In this document: positions 12,929-23,681 of the stretch, one piece after another
How positions within the stretch are numbered: position 1 is the stretch's first letter
Layout: each line of letters starts with the position of its first letter
Assembly: GCA_043228905.1 (NCBI GenBank)
Contig: JBHGNT010000021.1
Location: 9,424,001-9,488,000, forward strand
Direction: 5' to 3'
DNA length: 64,000 bases
Source of the DNA: Azolla caroliniana
Taxonomy: Eukaryota; Plantae; Polypodiophyta
Notes under the pieces: generated by a model
Seen by the model: the letters and a program-made list of their open reading frames with translations, nothing else
Database searches by the model: none
Told to the model about the DNA's origin: nothing
Made by a program: the position numbers and the translations under genes

Positions 12929-15847
12929 ATGGCTCACCGCCCAATGAACCCTAGGCCACAAAAAGAAGGAAATACAAGGTCTTCTGCACAATACAGAAAT
13001 CCACCTCCTAACTCTCAACGCTCTCATCACTCCCTCCCTCACCTTCTCCTCCATCCTATCACAGAACTCAAGCCCACCGCAACCAACAAACTTCCCCCCA
13101 CGAGCCTACTCTGACTATGCCGATATTTATCTCTACCGCCTTGCGTTGATGGCTCGTGGAGAAACACCTAGATGGGTACATCAGGGTCGCAAAGGCACCT
13201 CCACACCCGGAGGCATTGGACATCGCCAGAAAGCTCAACATCGACACGGTCACCAACTCATCCATCTGGAAAAAGTTGGACCTGTCATCACTAGGTGAAA
13301 GGCATTTCGAAATCTCTCCTGTGGAGTCGCTACAGAGATATTTCGGTCCATATTCATCCTCCGCCAAGGCATATAGAATGAAGGAGATCCCGGATCCCTT
13401 TTTCCATAAAGTTGCCAAGTTCCTATTAGAGGTCAAATGCATACATGTAAACGCATATGGGATACCCAAGCAGAAGGCAGGTATCATTATTGATACCTTT
13501 GAAGGGCGTACAGTCGATTGGGGGGTCATCATAGGGCCGACGTTAAGCGAAGGCTTGCACGCGTATCAAGGAGGTAGGAAGCTCAGGCCTATCATACAAC
13601 AGCACCTGACAGTACTATTCCCACCCCGAGGCTTGCCGGCACCGCAGCCCAGCAAGCCCACATCGCCGCCTCGATCTGCGAAGCGCAAGTTAGCGGAGTT
13701 AGCCACCACAAAGTGGGAGGATGAACCCCAACCCGCCGAGCCGGACACACGGACAACGCTGGAAGAGCAGGCAGAGCGCTCCGAGAAAGCGCCACCAAAG
13801 CCAGACGCTGAACCACGACAGGAAAGCCCCAGGCCGAAACGGTGGAGGCTGGACAAGAAAGATGGGCGAGGATTAGTTAAAGACGTACTCGCAGCGGCGG
13901 AGACAATGACCGTAGGCGACGACTCCGCAACTACGGGGCCCAACACCATCTTCGAAATAATCCAGGAGCCACGCCTGATCATTACACCCCAGGCACAATG
14001 AGGGAAAGTTGTATTGACAGCGGAAAGCGAGGTCTTGGCATATCCGGATATCCCGGACACGGCCCATCAGTTCAGCGCACTATTACAGTTTGGAACCTCT
14101 TTTGAGCTCATGGAATTCTTGGCAACACAACAGATAAAGGTCTCACAACGAATGGCCGAGGAGCACGCGGAGCGCCAGATGATCAAGCATGCCTTAACAC
14201 AAACGGCGAAGAGCGACGATGAGGACCAGTTAGCCAGAGTCGGCAGACGGAGGAATGACGATATACGCCGAATGGGGATGGAACTACCCCCATTAAACGC
14301 GGACCTAGTCGAAGTTCAGAGGGAATTGGCAAAGGTCAGCATGGGCACCAAGGAGATGGCCATTAAAAATAAGAATGTCTGGAAGAACGAACGCATCGCG
14401 GAGTTGCAAAAAGCCAACGAACGCATCGCGGAGTTGGAAAATAACGCAATTACGGTGCAACAGGCAGCTCCACCACCAAACAACGTCGTTGAAGCCTTGA
14501 AGGAAGAGATTGAGGTGCAAACCGCCATTACCTCAAAAGAAAAACGGGCCATACAACTAGCGGAATCAGATTTTGACCACCTCCATGCTGAACTTCACCA
14601 GTCCTCAGATAGGGAAAAGGACATCCGGGCCAATGGCCGAAAGGGAGTAAAAACCCTTGAAGAGAACCTCACAGCAGAGACAGCATAGCACACCCGGACA
14701 AAAGAAGAAAAACTCCCAATTACGGGAGGAAGCGAAAAAATCGGAAGTGGCAATCGAAGGACTCCGGGCCTTATTGGAGAAAAAGAAAGCATGGTTCGAC
14801 GAGTAGTTGGTGGGCGAACAGGAAAGAAGGCATCAGCTCGAAATCTGCCTGAACAATGAAATGGGAAAACTAGAAGAACTACATGCGAAGGAATCCCAAC
14901 TGTGGGCGGGCATGAAGAGCACGTATGAAGAAGCGGCGGCAGTTAGTCAACAAGAAATTGCAAACCTCAAGAAGTCGGTGGAAGAAGCATGCAACCATTG
15001 CCAGGCCATCACAGACAACATGCATATCCTTCTACAAACGAATCGGGAGAGGTTTACGGTGCAATTGAAAACGGCGCTAGACAAAGGATGGATGGTGTGG
15101 GTGGCACAAGCGGCGGAATTGCACGCATATCGAGCGGACTTGGAGAACCGAAGAAAAGACGGCTGAGGCTTCTATAAACTCAATGAGGAAAGCATTTCGG
15201 TAGTACGCGAGGACCTAGCGCAAGACTATCGCATGCTAGCGGACCAACATTCTAAAGAACTCGTGCAACTATTAGATGATTTTGGTGAAAGTCAAGAGGA
15301 TCTGTTTCACCAGATCACGCAAGCCGGTAGCACGCGAACAAACGAGGAATCCAACGCGACACCAATTCTAGATATTGCCAAACAAGAGGAACCTCAGGCC
15401 AGGCTAGCAGAAATGACAACTAAGGTGAACAACGCAGAACGGCGAGCGCAGTCCCCCACAATACCAGACAACGATACCACTGCCCAAGAGGAACCCCATC
15501 TACCGGAGCATACGCTATCGGCCAACCGCACGAAGAACGTTGCGGACCAAGAGGAACCGCAACCCCACTCCCCAGAGCGTACAACGACGGCTGTCATCAC
15601 GGAGGAAGTGACAGACGAAATCGAGCCGCGACCGACTACAAGCCCGCCGACGGCTGAACCAAACCTCCTAGCCCAAGAAGAGCCCACAGAACCCAGACCG
15701 CCCACATAGGATGATCGCGACACCATGAGAAGGCCTCTCGACCAAGCATGGGAACCACACCACGATGCACCTACGGGCCCTATGCCATCCCCGGACACGG
15801 ACACCGTAGCAGAGCCAAACATCAGGGCCATTTAGGAAGAAGATTAA
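12929..15847 (+). pseudogene. G3 extra 3' ORF: globular N-terminal part, long coiled coil, P/E/T-rich tail; disrupted
   Basis: ORF pieces 13156-14001, 14014-14688, 14807-15166, 15233-15709; homologous blocks in G4 and G5 (AELxxxRxDxENRRKxG; C-terminal I-[L]-xEx-stop). Confidence 0.75.
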
Positions 15848-15851
15848 AGGG

Positions 15852-15892
15852 ATGGGTCCGACGTGCCATGGCACTGTCCCACAGGCATGCCA
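15852..15892 (+). other. tRNA-3'-end-like motif replacing the PPT (G3 copy)
   Basis: ATGGGTCCGA-C-GTGC-CATG-GCAC-T-GTCCCACAGGCATGCCA-GG|LTR at 15895. Confidence 0.85.
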
Positions 15893-15894
15893 GG

Positions 15895-16295
15895 TGTTGT
15901 CCACCGGAATAGTAACCGACGGACAAGAGCGCAGGAATACGGAATAGTATAATATTGTAACACATGTAAAGGGCAGAAAACCTCTGATAGAGGGAGCGTG
16001 TAATTTTGAATGAAAAGACGTATTGTAATAGAGTTCTCTCTTCTCTGATATTTGTGTATAGTTGCGGTTAATCTACTGTGTGTCTGTAATTCTTAAGAGC
16101 GTAGGAATAAGTAACGGTGTGTAAGCTAGCCCATTGTCTAAGGAGCTCGGTTGTAGCCGTCTCCCTTATACGCTACTAGGGTACGGGAAGTATCCCACAA
16201 AGTATTACGCACAGACGCTACCATTCGTTGTTACACAGTCACTTGGAGGTCTAGGTCGAAGGACTAACCATAGACCGTGTTCCTAATCGGTAACA
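15895..16295 (+). repeat. G3 3' LTR
   Basis: TGTTGTCC...GGTAACA; aligns with the reverse complement of the G2 LTRs. Confidence 0.9.
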
Positions 16296-16597
16296 ACTAG
16301 ATATAAAGAAATTAGGCAGATACATCCTAGAATTAAAACAACACAGAGAGAATAAGTTACAAAATGTTGACAATAAGGTTGCTAATGTTCACCAACATGT
16401 AACAAATGAAGTCTTTCAGGAACAGGGGGAGACAACGAATGTCGACACACCTGCACCACTCGGGAGTTTTCTTGATGAAGTAGAAAATCAAAGAAGAACA
16501 AAACTCCCTTAGATGTCACGTTTCAAAGCAACTCAACGTGATGTAGAAGCAGTAAAGAAAATAAGGGAACGTGAGCTACACCGCCTAGAAGCCATGG

Positions 16598-18736
16598 TTG
16601 GGGCATGCATGTGCTAAATTTTGGGGAAATCTAAAGGGAAAACGTGTTGAGAGTTATGGTGACTTAACTCTTCACGACTTGTCTATGCATTGTAAGAATT
16701 TATATGAGTTATCTCTTGCCGGAAAGATGATGTGTTATGGTTCTCTTTCACATATGCCTCCCTTCTTTACAATTGAAGGTATATGCATAGGACTTAAGAA
16801 ATTGGCCTCTCGAAAGGCAAGCGATCTTCAATGTATAAAGGCTGAAATGCTCAAATGGACGGGAAAGGAAGCACATATATGGATAAGCGATATGTTTAAT
16901 GATGCATTGCAACATGGTATGCCGTACGATTGGACTACAAATTGGATCAAACCTTTACATAAAGGTGGAGATATAAATAATGTAAACAACTATCGAACCA
17001 TCATGGTTGGCTCATTAATGGCAAAACTATTTGGATGTATAATGGAATCAAAGATAAGTGTATGGGTTGAAAAAAGTGGTAAGAGAGCTTATGGACAAGC
17101 TGGCTTTCGGAAACACCATAGCACCATTGATCACCTTATCACCCTTCGAGTATTAACGGAGGAAAGTCGCCTTAGAGGTAAAGGTTTATATTGTTGCTTT
17201 GTAGACTTCAAGAAAGCTTTTGATATGGTACCTCGTGAGCATCTTTGGAGGCGAATGGAAGAACTTGACGTGCCAAGTGAATATATGCTTGCAATTTCCC
17301 GAATTTATGAGAAGGTTATATGTTGTGTGCGCATGAGAGATAAACTTTCAGATTTTTTCAAAAGCACTATTGGTGTTAAGCAAGGATGCCCACTCTCACC
17401 AACACTATTTGGTCTATGCATTGATGAATTGGAAGAAATGGTTACCAAGTTTGCAAAGGAAGAATGTGTTGAAGAAGTTGCCATTGGGAATGTTGTGATT
17501 ATGCTTTTGCTATATGCAGATGATGTAGTGCTTTTTGCAAATACTTTAGGAGATGCACAAAAGCTTATGAAGGCATTGGAAAAATTTTGCATGCATACTA
17601 AATTAAGTGTCAATAGCTCTAAAACAAAGATTATGCTTGTGAAGAGCCAAAAAAGAGATAAACCATGCATTATGTACAACAATGAGCCACTTGAATGTGT
17701 GGAAAGCTTCAAATATCTTGGCCTTGAAGTTCCTTCAAATCATAGATGGAATGAATGTGCTACACGCCGCTTAGAGGCGGGCAAGCGAGCATACTATGCA
17801 TTTGAGAACACATGCAATCTTGGAGATATTAAGTGTTGGTTCCTCAAGAAATATCTTTTCGACACTTTGGTGACACTGGTTCTTCTCTATGGGGTGGAAG
17901 TATGGGGCGGTAGCATCCCTAAATCTATGTGGAAAGAGTTTGAAAATGTCCAAAAGCATTTTCTTACCAAGTTTCTACAAGTTAAGAAACAAACGCCCTA
18001 CACCCTCCTCCTCCTTGAGACGGGATCGCTTCCCATTGAGATCATGGCCATGGAAAGGGTTGTTGAATACATGCTTAAGGTTCAAAAAAGTCCCTCACAT
18101 CGACTTCCTAGAATTGCGTGGGAAGCAAGCAAAAAGATCCAAAAGACGCATAAAAGCAAAATTTTGTGTTCCGGTTGGATGCAAGATATAGAAAAATGGT
18201 TTTGTAGATGGGATGCGAGACACTTGCTTCATGATGTATCATTAGATTCCTCTGTAAATGAGGCATTTTTGCAACACCAATGTATCATGACATGGGACAA
18301 ATGTGGAGGCTCACGCTTCACACATTATACTACACATGTTGCACCTAACTACAAAACCATATTCTTCGCGGAACGGGGAAATCGTACACATCCATACATG
18401 TTAGAGCCCATACCGTTATCTTCCATTCGAACCATTGCTTCCATGCGACTTAGCTCACATGCATTGCGATGTGAAACAGGGCGTTGGGGTACAAGTGATA
18501 AGAGTGGTCAGTTATGCGCACTTTGCCCTAAACAAGTTCGCGAGTCTGAGTATCACACTTTGATACAATGCTCTGCCTTTGATCATATTCGACCATGCTT
18601 TACACATCTCTTCGATCGAGCCCAATCTTTGCATGAATTCCTCTCACAACCACAATGTGCACTCTCGATTGCAACATTCATTGGTAAAGTTCTTGAACAT
18701 CGAGAGTCACTACTCACTTTCACACATATCACGTGA
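16598..18736 (+). CDS. LINE ORF2 reverse transcriptase plus C-terminal CCHC finger (5'-truncated, open frame)
   Basis: QAGFR, VDFKKAFD, GVKQGCPLSP, LLYADD, CALC..EYH..C. Confidence 0.9.
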   Translation: MGHACAKFWGNLKGKRVESYGDLTLHDLSMHCKNLYELSLAGKMMCYGSLSHMPPFFTIEGICIGLKKLASRKASDLQCIKAEMLKWTGKEAHIWISDMFNDALQHGMPYDWTTNWIKPLHKGGDINNVNNYRTIMVGSLMAKLFGCIMESKISVWVEKSGKRAYGQAGFRKHHSTIDHLITLRVLTEESRLRGKGLYCCFVDFKKAFDMVPREHLWRRMEELDVPSEYMLAISRIYEKVICCVRMRDKLSDFFKSTIGVKQGCPLSPTLFGLCIDELEEMVTKFAKEECVEEVAIGNVVIMLLLYADDVVLFANTLGDAQKLMKALEKFCMHTKLSVNSSKTKIMLVKSQKRDKPCIMYNNEPLECVESFKYLGLEVPSNHRWNECATRRLEAGKRAYYAFENTCNLGDIKCWFLKKYLFDTLVTLVLLYGVEVWGGSIPKSMWKEFENVQKHFLTKFLQVKKQTPYTLLLLETGSLPIEIMAMERVVEYMLKVQKSPSHRLPRIAWEASKKIQKTHKSKILCSGWMQDIEKWFCRWDARHLLHDVSLDSSVNEAFLQHQCIMTWDKCGGSRFTHYTTHVAPNYKTIFFAERGNRTHPYMLEPIPLSSIRTIASMRLSSHALRCETGRWGTSDKSGQLCALCPKQVRESEYHTLIQCSAFDHIRPCFTHLFDRAQSLHEFLSQPQCALSIATFIGKVLEHRESLLTFTHIT

Positions 18737-18791
18737 AATGTAATATTTTTGGTCTCATAGGTCATATTTGACCTCCGAAGACGATAATATA

Positions 18792-18830
<39 letters not shown>
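16604..18830 (+). mobile_element. R1: 5'-truncated RTE/RTEX-like LINE with (TCTA)n tail
   Basis: Uninterrupted ORF2 segment; short 3' UTR; (TCTA)n at 18793-18830; close paralog of R3. Confidence 0.9.
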
Positions 18831-18840
18831 GTTTTCCTCT

Positions 18841-19724
18841 CGGAAAGAGTTTGAAATGTCCAAAAGCATTTTTTTTACAAATTTTCTCCAAGTCAAGAAA
18901 CAAATGCCATACACTCTCTTACTTCTTGAGACAAGATCACTTCACATTGAGATCATTTTCATGAAAAGGATTGTTGAATGCATGCTTAAGGTTCAACAAA
19001 GACGCTCACGCGACTTCCAAGACTACTTGGGAAGCAAGAAAAATAATAATCCAAAGACACATAAAAGCTAAATTTTGTGATTCTATTGAATGTAAAATAT
19101 TACAAAATAGTTTGGAAGATTGGATGCACCACACTTGCTTCATGATGCATCAATAGATTCCTTTGTGAATAAGGATGTTTTGTCATCTATCATCACATGC
19201 AGAAAATGTGGAGGCTCATGCTTCACATATTATACTACATGTGTTGCACCTAACTAAACCATGTTCTTCACCCAACAAGAAAACCACACACCTCAATACT
19301 TGCTAAAACACATCCCATCCCATTGTCTGTCATCCGAACATATGGTTCCATGTGACTTAGTTCATACTCATTACGATGTAAGACAAGGCGTTGGGGCTCA
19401 AGTGATGAGAGTTAACAACTATGCACATTTTTCTTTGAACAAGTTCGAGAATCTAAGTATATCACATCTTGATATAATATTCCACATTTGTTCACATCTA
19501 ACCATGATTTTTGCACCAAATCCCAATCCTTGCACTAATTTCTATCGCAATCACGGTGTGCACTCTCAATTGTGACATTCATTAGTAAAGTTCTTGAACA
19601 TCGAGAGTCACTACTTACTTCCAAATGTATAACGTGAAAATGGTATTATTACTTTTGTCTAATACGTCATATTTGACCTCCAAAGACGACAATCAAAACT
19701 CTCTCTTTCTCTCTCTCTCTCTCT
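18841..19724 (+). mobile_element. R2: older, degenerate 3' fragment of the same LINE group with (CT)n tail
   Basis: Aligns with R1 ~17930-18790 with many substitutions and indels; (CT)n at 19699-19724. Confidence 0.85.
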
Positions 19725-22700
19725 GGTAAAAGCACACAATTATATTAATTGTATGTAAAATCCACTTAGTTACAACACTTCTTAGTCTCCTCTACCTATC
19801 ATATGCCTATGTAGCGAGAGGGACGTTCTGCAATACTATTAAAAATCTTGAATATGCATTTGACAAAAATTCCACATGAGAATACCTTTCAACTTCTTTA
19901 TATAGGCTTTCAACCCATGTCTATTATCAAACATGAAAACATTACGCATATTCCAATTGTGTTGTAGACCCCAATAACGTAAAAATTGGAACAATATCTC
20001 CATCTCATCATTTGAACCATTTTGAACATATTGAGAAAAAAGCCATTGTTGAGCTCTCAAACAACAACAGGTTAAAACTTGCCAAATGTCCGATAAGTAC
20101 TTCCAAATGGCACACGCTATAGGACATTTAATGAACCTATGTGTACTATCCTCCAATGGAACAGTGCAAAAGAAACAAGTGTCGGACCCTAGTCCTCGTC
20201 TCTTTAAGGCAGAACCACGTTGTAATATTTTCCACCACCTTGCATCTGACTTACATACATTCCACAACTTCGCTATTTTAGGAGATAGACAAGATAATGA
20301 TGCCATCGCATGATGATACAATATATTTGTAGTGAGTTGTAACAAGTGTGTACCATCTTGTAACCGTCAATCCACCCAAGGTGCAAAAAAAAATTTCAAT
20401 GGCAAAGATCCTTGCAACAATGGTATATCTTGTAATTTCTCCCAAATAAATCCATAATCTGGGGGAATTCATAACCAGCGCTTGGCATCTTCAAAATCCG
20501 ACAACCTTTGAGATTCATTATCAACCACATCTTCCAAATGTACAATCCCCAATCGAAATAAACGATTGAATTGAGATCTCAACTTCTCTTTCCCATGCCA
20601 AAACAACACTCGAGAGGAAACAAGCAATTCATTTTGTAATTACTTACAATATTCTCTATCACTTGATGGTCCCCATTCAAAAAGAGATAATGCATATTGC
20701 CACGATCTTACCAAATGTTGTCCATATATAGAATGTTGAATCATTAGAGTCCAATACTTCCATTGAGTAATGACCATCAGGATGCTTGAATCTTTGTTTT
20801 CCCGTGCACCAATCCTTGAAATTCTCAATTAAATATTGCATCATAGATATCCATGGTTGATCTTGTTGTCATATATCTCGTAATAATGCAAATCTACAAG
20901 CCATCAAATGCCTTTCCAAATCCAATATTGCTGCACCACCTAACCTTTTAGGAGTAGCCAAATGGTCCCATGAAATCCATGTAACTCCCATCATTTCTCC
21001 CTTCAGCCACAACATGAACCGAATAGGTTGTAACATGTTTTGTAATGCTTTCTTAGTCCAAGGTAGTAAAGGCAAAAAATATAATAACATGGGTATCAAG
21101 ATACATTGCACCACTTTGAGTCGTACATGAAAGGACCATAATTGAGACTTCCAATACATAAATTTGTCCTTCAATTTACTACCAATCCAATCAATCAATT
21201 GAACATTTGTAACATCAACACCTAATGGATAATCCAAATGTCGATAAATTGATCCTTGTGCAATCACTAGCCCTCACCATCCCAAACATTCCAAAGATTC
21301 ATTCTCCGTACAAGAAATAAGGCGAGACTTCCTCCAATTTATATACAACCTTGAAGCCAAAGCAAATTGGTCCCAAACTTGCATACTCCTTTCAAGATTT
21401 TCTTTTGAGGCTTGTAAAAACATAAAAGAATCATCAACCAATGATTGTGCCACCAATTGTCCACCAGAAGGAAAATGCAAGCACCCACAATATCGCCATT
21501 AGCCGCAAGATTTGACACCATTACTAACAAAGGATGTGTAACAATAGCAAATAACAATGGTCTTAGTGGACATCATTGCCGCACGGATCTAATAAGAAAC
21601 ACTTTTGGAGTAACTACGCCATTAAGCATCACACGTGAGGTCGCATTTTGCCCTAGCAAAATGATAAGTCGACACATACGAGGACCAAACCCCATATTAT
21701 ACACCACACCTAAGAGGAAAGACCAATTAACATGATCATATGCTTTATCCAAATCTAATTGCACCATAACCATTCCTTGATGTGTATGTCGAGCATAATC
21801 GGTAGCCATTTGAACATTTAAAACATTATGCAATATATTTCTACCTGTAATAAAACCATATTGAGATAGATGAATAAGTTGAGGTAAGAACTTCTGAAGT
21901 TTGTTAGATAATATCTTTGCAAACACTTTTTATAACCCTCCCATGAATGAAATAGACCTCCATTGATGAAATGACTCCGGAGATGGTACCTTTGGTATCA
22001 ATTTGATTAAGCCCACCTTCCAACTCTCAGGCATGAAACCAAAATCCCAACATTGTTGAAACATTTGTGTGAATGGACTCTTAAGCATGCCAACATACTT
22101 CTTAAAAACTTCATTTGTAACACCATCCCAACCAGGGCTTTTACCATTTGGAAGGTGTAACAATACCTTTTCCAGCTCAACTTCTTCAAAATCAACATCC
22201 AATTCTTGACAAATATTTGTATTCACGACACTCCCAATTACATTATAAAACTCTTGTCATGCTTTCAACACATCATCATTAATAATCAACTCTGGCCCAA
22301 TCAAATTCTTAAAATGAGTAATACATAACTCAATAACCTTGATTGGGTCTACAACAATGTCATCCCCTATCTTAATTTGCACCACATTTGAACGAGCATA
22401 TGGTGGTCTTAATCCTTGAAAAAACATATGAGATTGTGATTGATTATCTATAAATCCCTCCTTGAATTGACGTAGTCTTGTTTTTTGATAACTTTGACAA
22501 GACAAATTCTTCACAATGTCCTATACTTGAACTTGAACATCCAAAAGCTCTTCATCATGTGGATTATTCATCAATAGTACATTGCATCGCATAAGAATAT
22601 ATGAAAACTTATCAATCAATTTCTTACATCTTTTAGCATTAGCCATACAATACATATGGTGAATATCATTGATGTTTTGTGGTGTTGTATCCCATGCATG

Positions 22701-23242
22701 TCATCCTTTTTAAATAACTTGTTCTGAAAACATGTCAAAATTTTGTGGCATATAGGCATCAAATAAGGAATGTAATAATAAAGAAGAATTAAACCTCAAA
22801 GACACTCGATCAAGCAATGTTTTGTGCATATCGACCCCATGTTTATTGAACTCAAAACATATGGGAAAATGATCCGATGTCACAACCTCTTGCATAATTG
22901 ACATATTAAGCATCTCTTGCAAAAAGGACTCATCATGCTTAACATACATTCTATCTAACCTACTCCATGTTTCCTTATATTGCATAGAATGAAATGTAAA
23001 CCCAACCTCATCTTGATGCAACCATTTCCATACATCCAACTTCAGAACCTCTGATGCCAATTTGTCCCAAACTCCTTGCTCAGGAGAATCCATCAATGAG
23101 AATCATGAAGTAGATTGTGAAGCATCAACACACATATTAAAATCACCCATTAAAAAACCAACACAGCCCACTAATAACCGTGTATACATTGAAGACCATA
23201 ACTCAATGCATTGATTAGCATTCTTGGGTGCATAGATTCCTA
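19725..23242 (-). mobile_element. T1: L1/Tx1-clade LINE ORF2 remnant, 5'-truncated within the endonuclease
   Basis: GIYAP, GDFN, SRLDR, SDH (APE); KSPGWDG, LDLDKAYD, SVRQ.CPL (RT); CFFC..EDSTHRFIKC (zf-RVT); (CT)n on both sides. Confidence 0.88.
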
Positions 23243-23681
23243 CTCTCTCTCTCTTGCTCTCTCTCTCTCTCACCGAATTCATGGGTCGATGTATGTGGTA
23301 TCAAACTCATCTAATATGCATGTGATACATCAAGAGAAGAATATAGAAAGCATAGATGTCCGAGAATTGAAAGAACATGAACAATGATCAAAGAACATTG
23401 TCGTCCGTGGGATTAAAGAAGAGAGTATGGAAACACCCGCATCCCTTGGAAAGGGATGCGAATGTATATGTCAGATGTGAATGTATATGGTGCGCACCGA
23501 GTTGGGAGACATCGCATTACTCGCTCCAAAGAAAGGCCTATTGTATGCACAATGACAGATGATACAAAGCGGCGGATCATACTCAAAAATAATTGGGTAT
23601 ACCTCAAAGGTACGCAATGCTTTATGAGTGAAGATCATACTATCTCACAACAAAATGCTCTTCGTAAAGCATATTATGAAG

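Larger units (their letters stand above)
10136..16295 (+). mobile_element. G3: Ty3/gypsy element 3' part (RT-RH-IN, extra ORF, 3' LTR); 5' part lies beyond G1, outside the window
   Basis: RT 10136-10750, RNase H (FIDAS..YYAS..RNYSTTE), integrase HHCC and D,D(35)E fragments 11499-12784 with no chromodomain; LTR 15895-16295 homologous to the G2 LTRs. Confidence 0.92.

Noticed and set aside
15836-15856. Displaced PPT (GGAAGAAGATTAAAGGGATGGG)
   Set aside because: It lies ~40 nt from the LTR boundary, is interrupted by pyrimidines, is largely explained by Glu/Asp codons and is poorly conserved in G4. Kept only as the alternative hypothesis.
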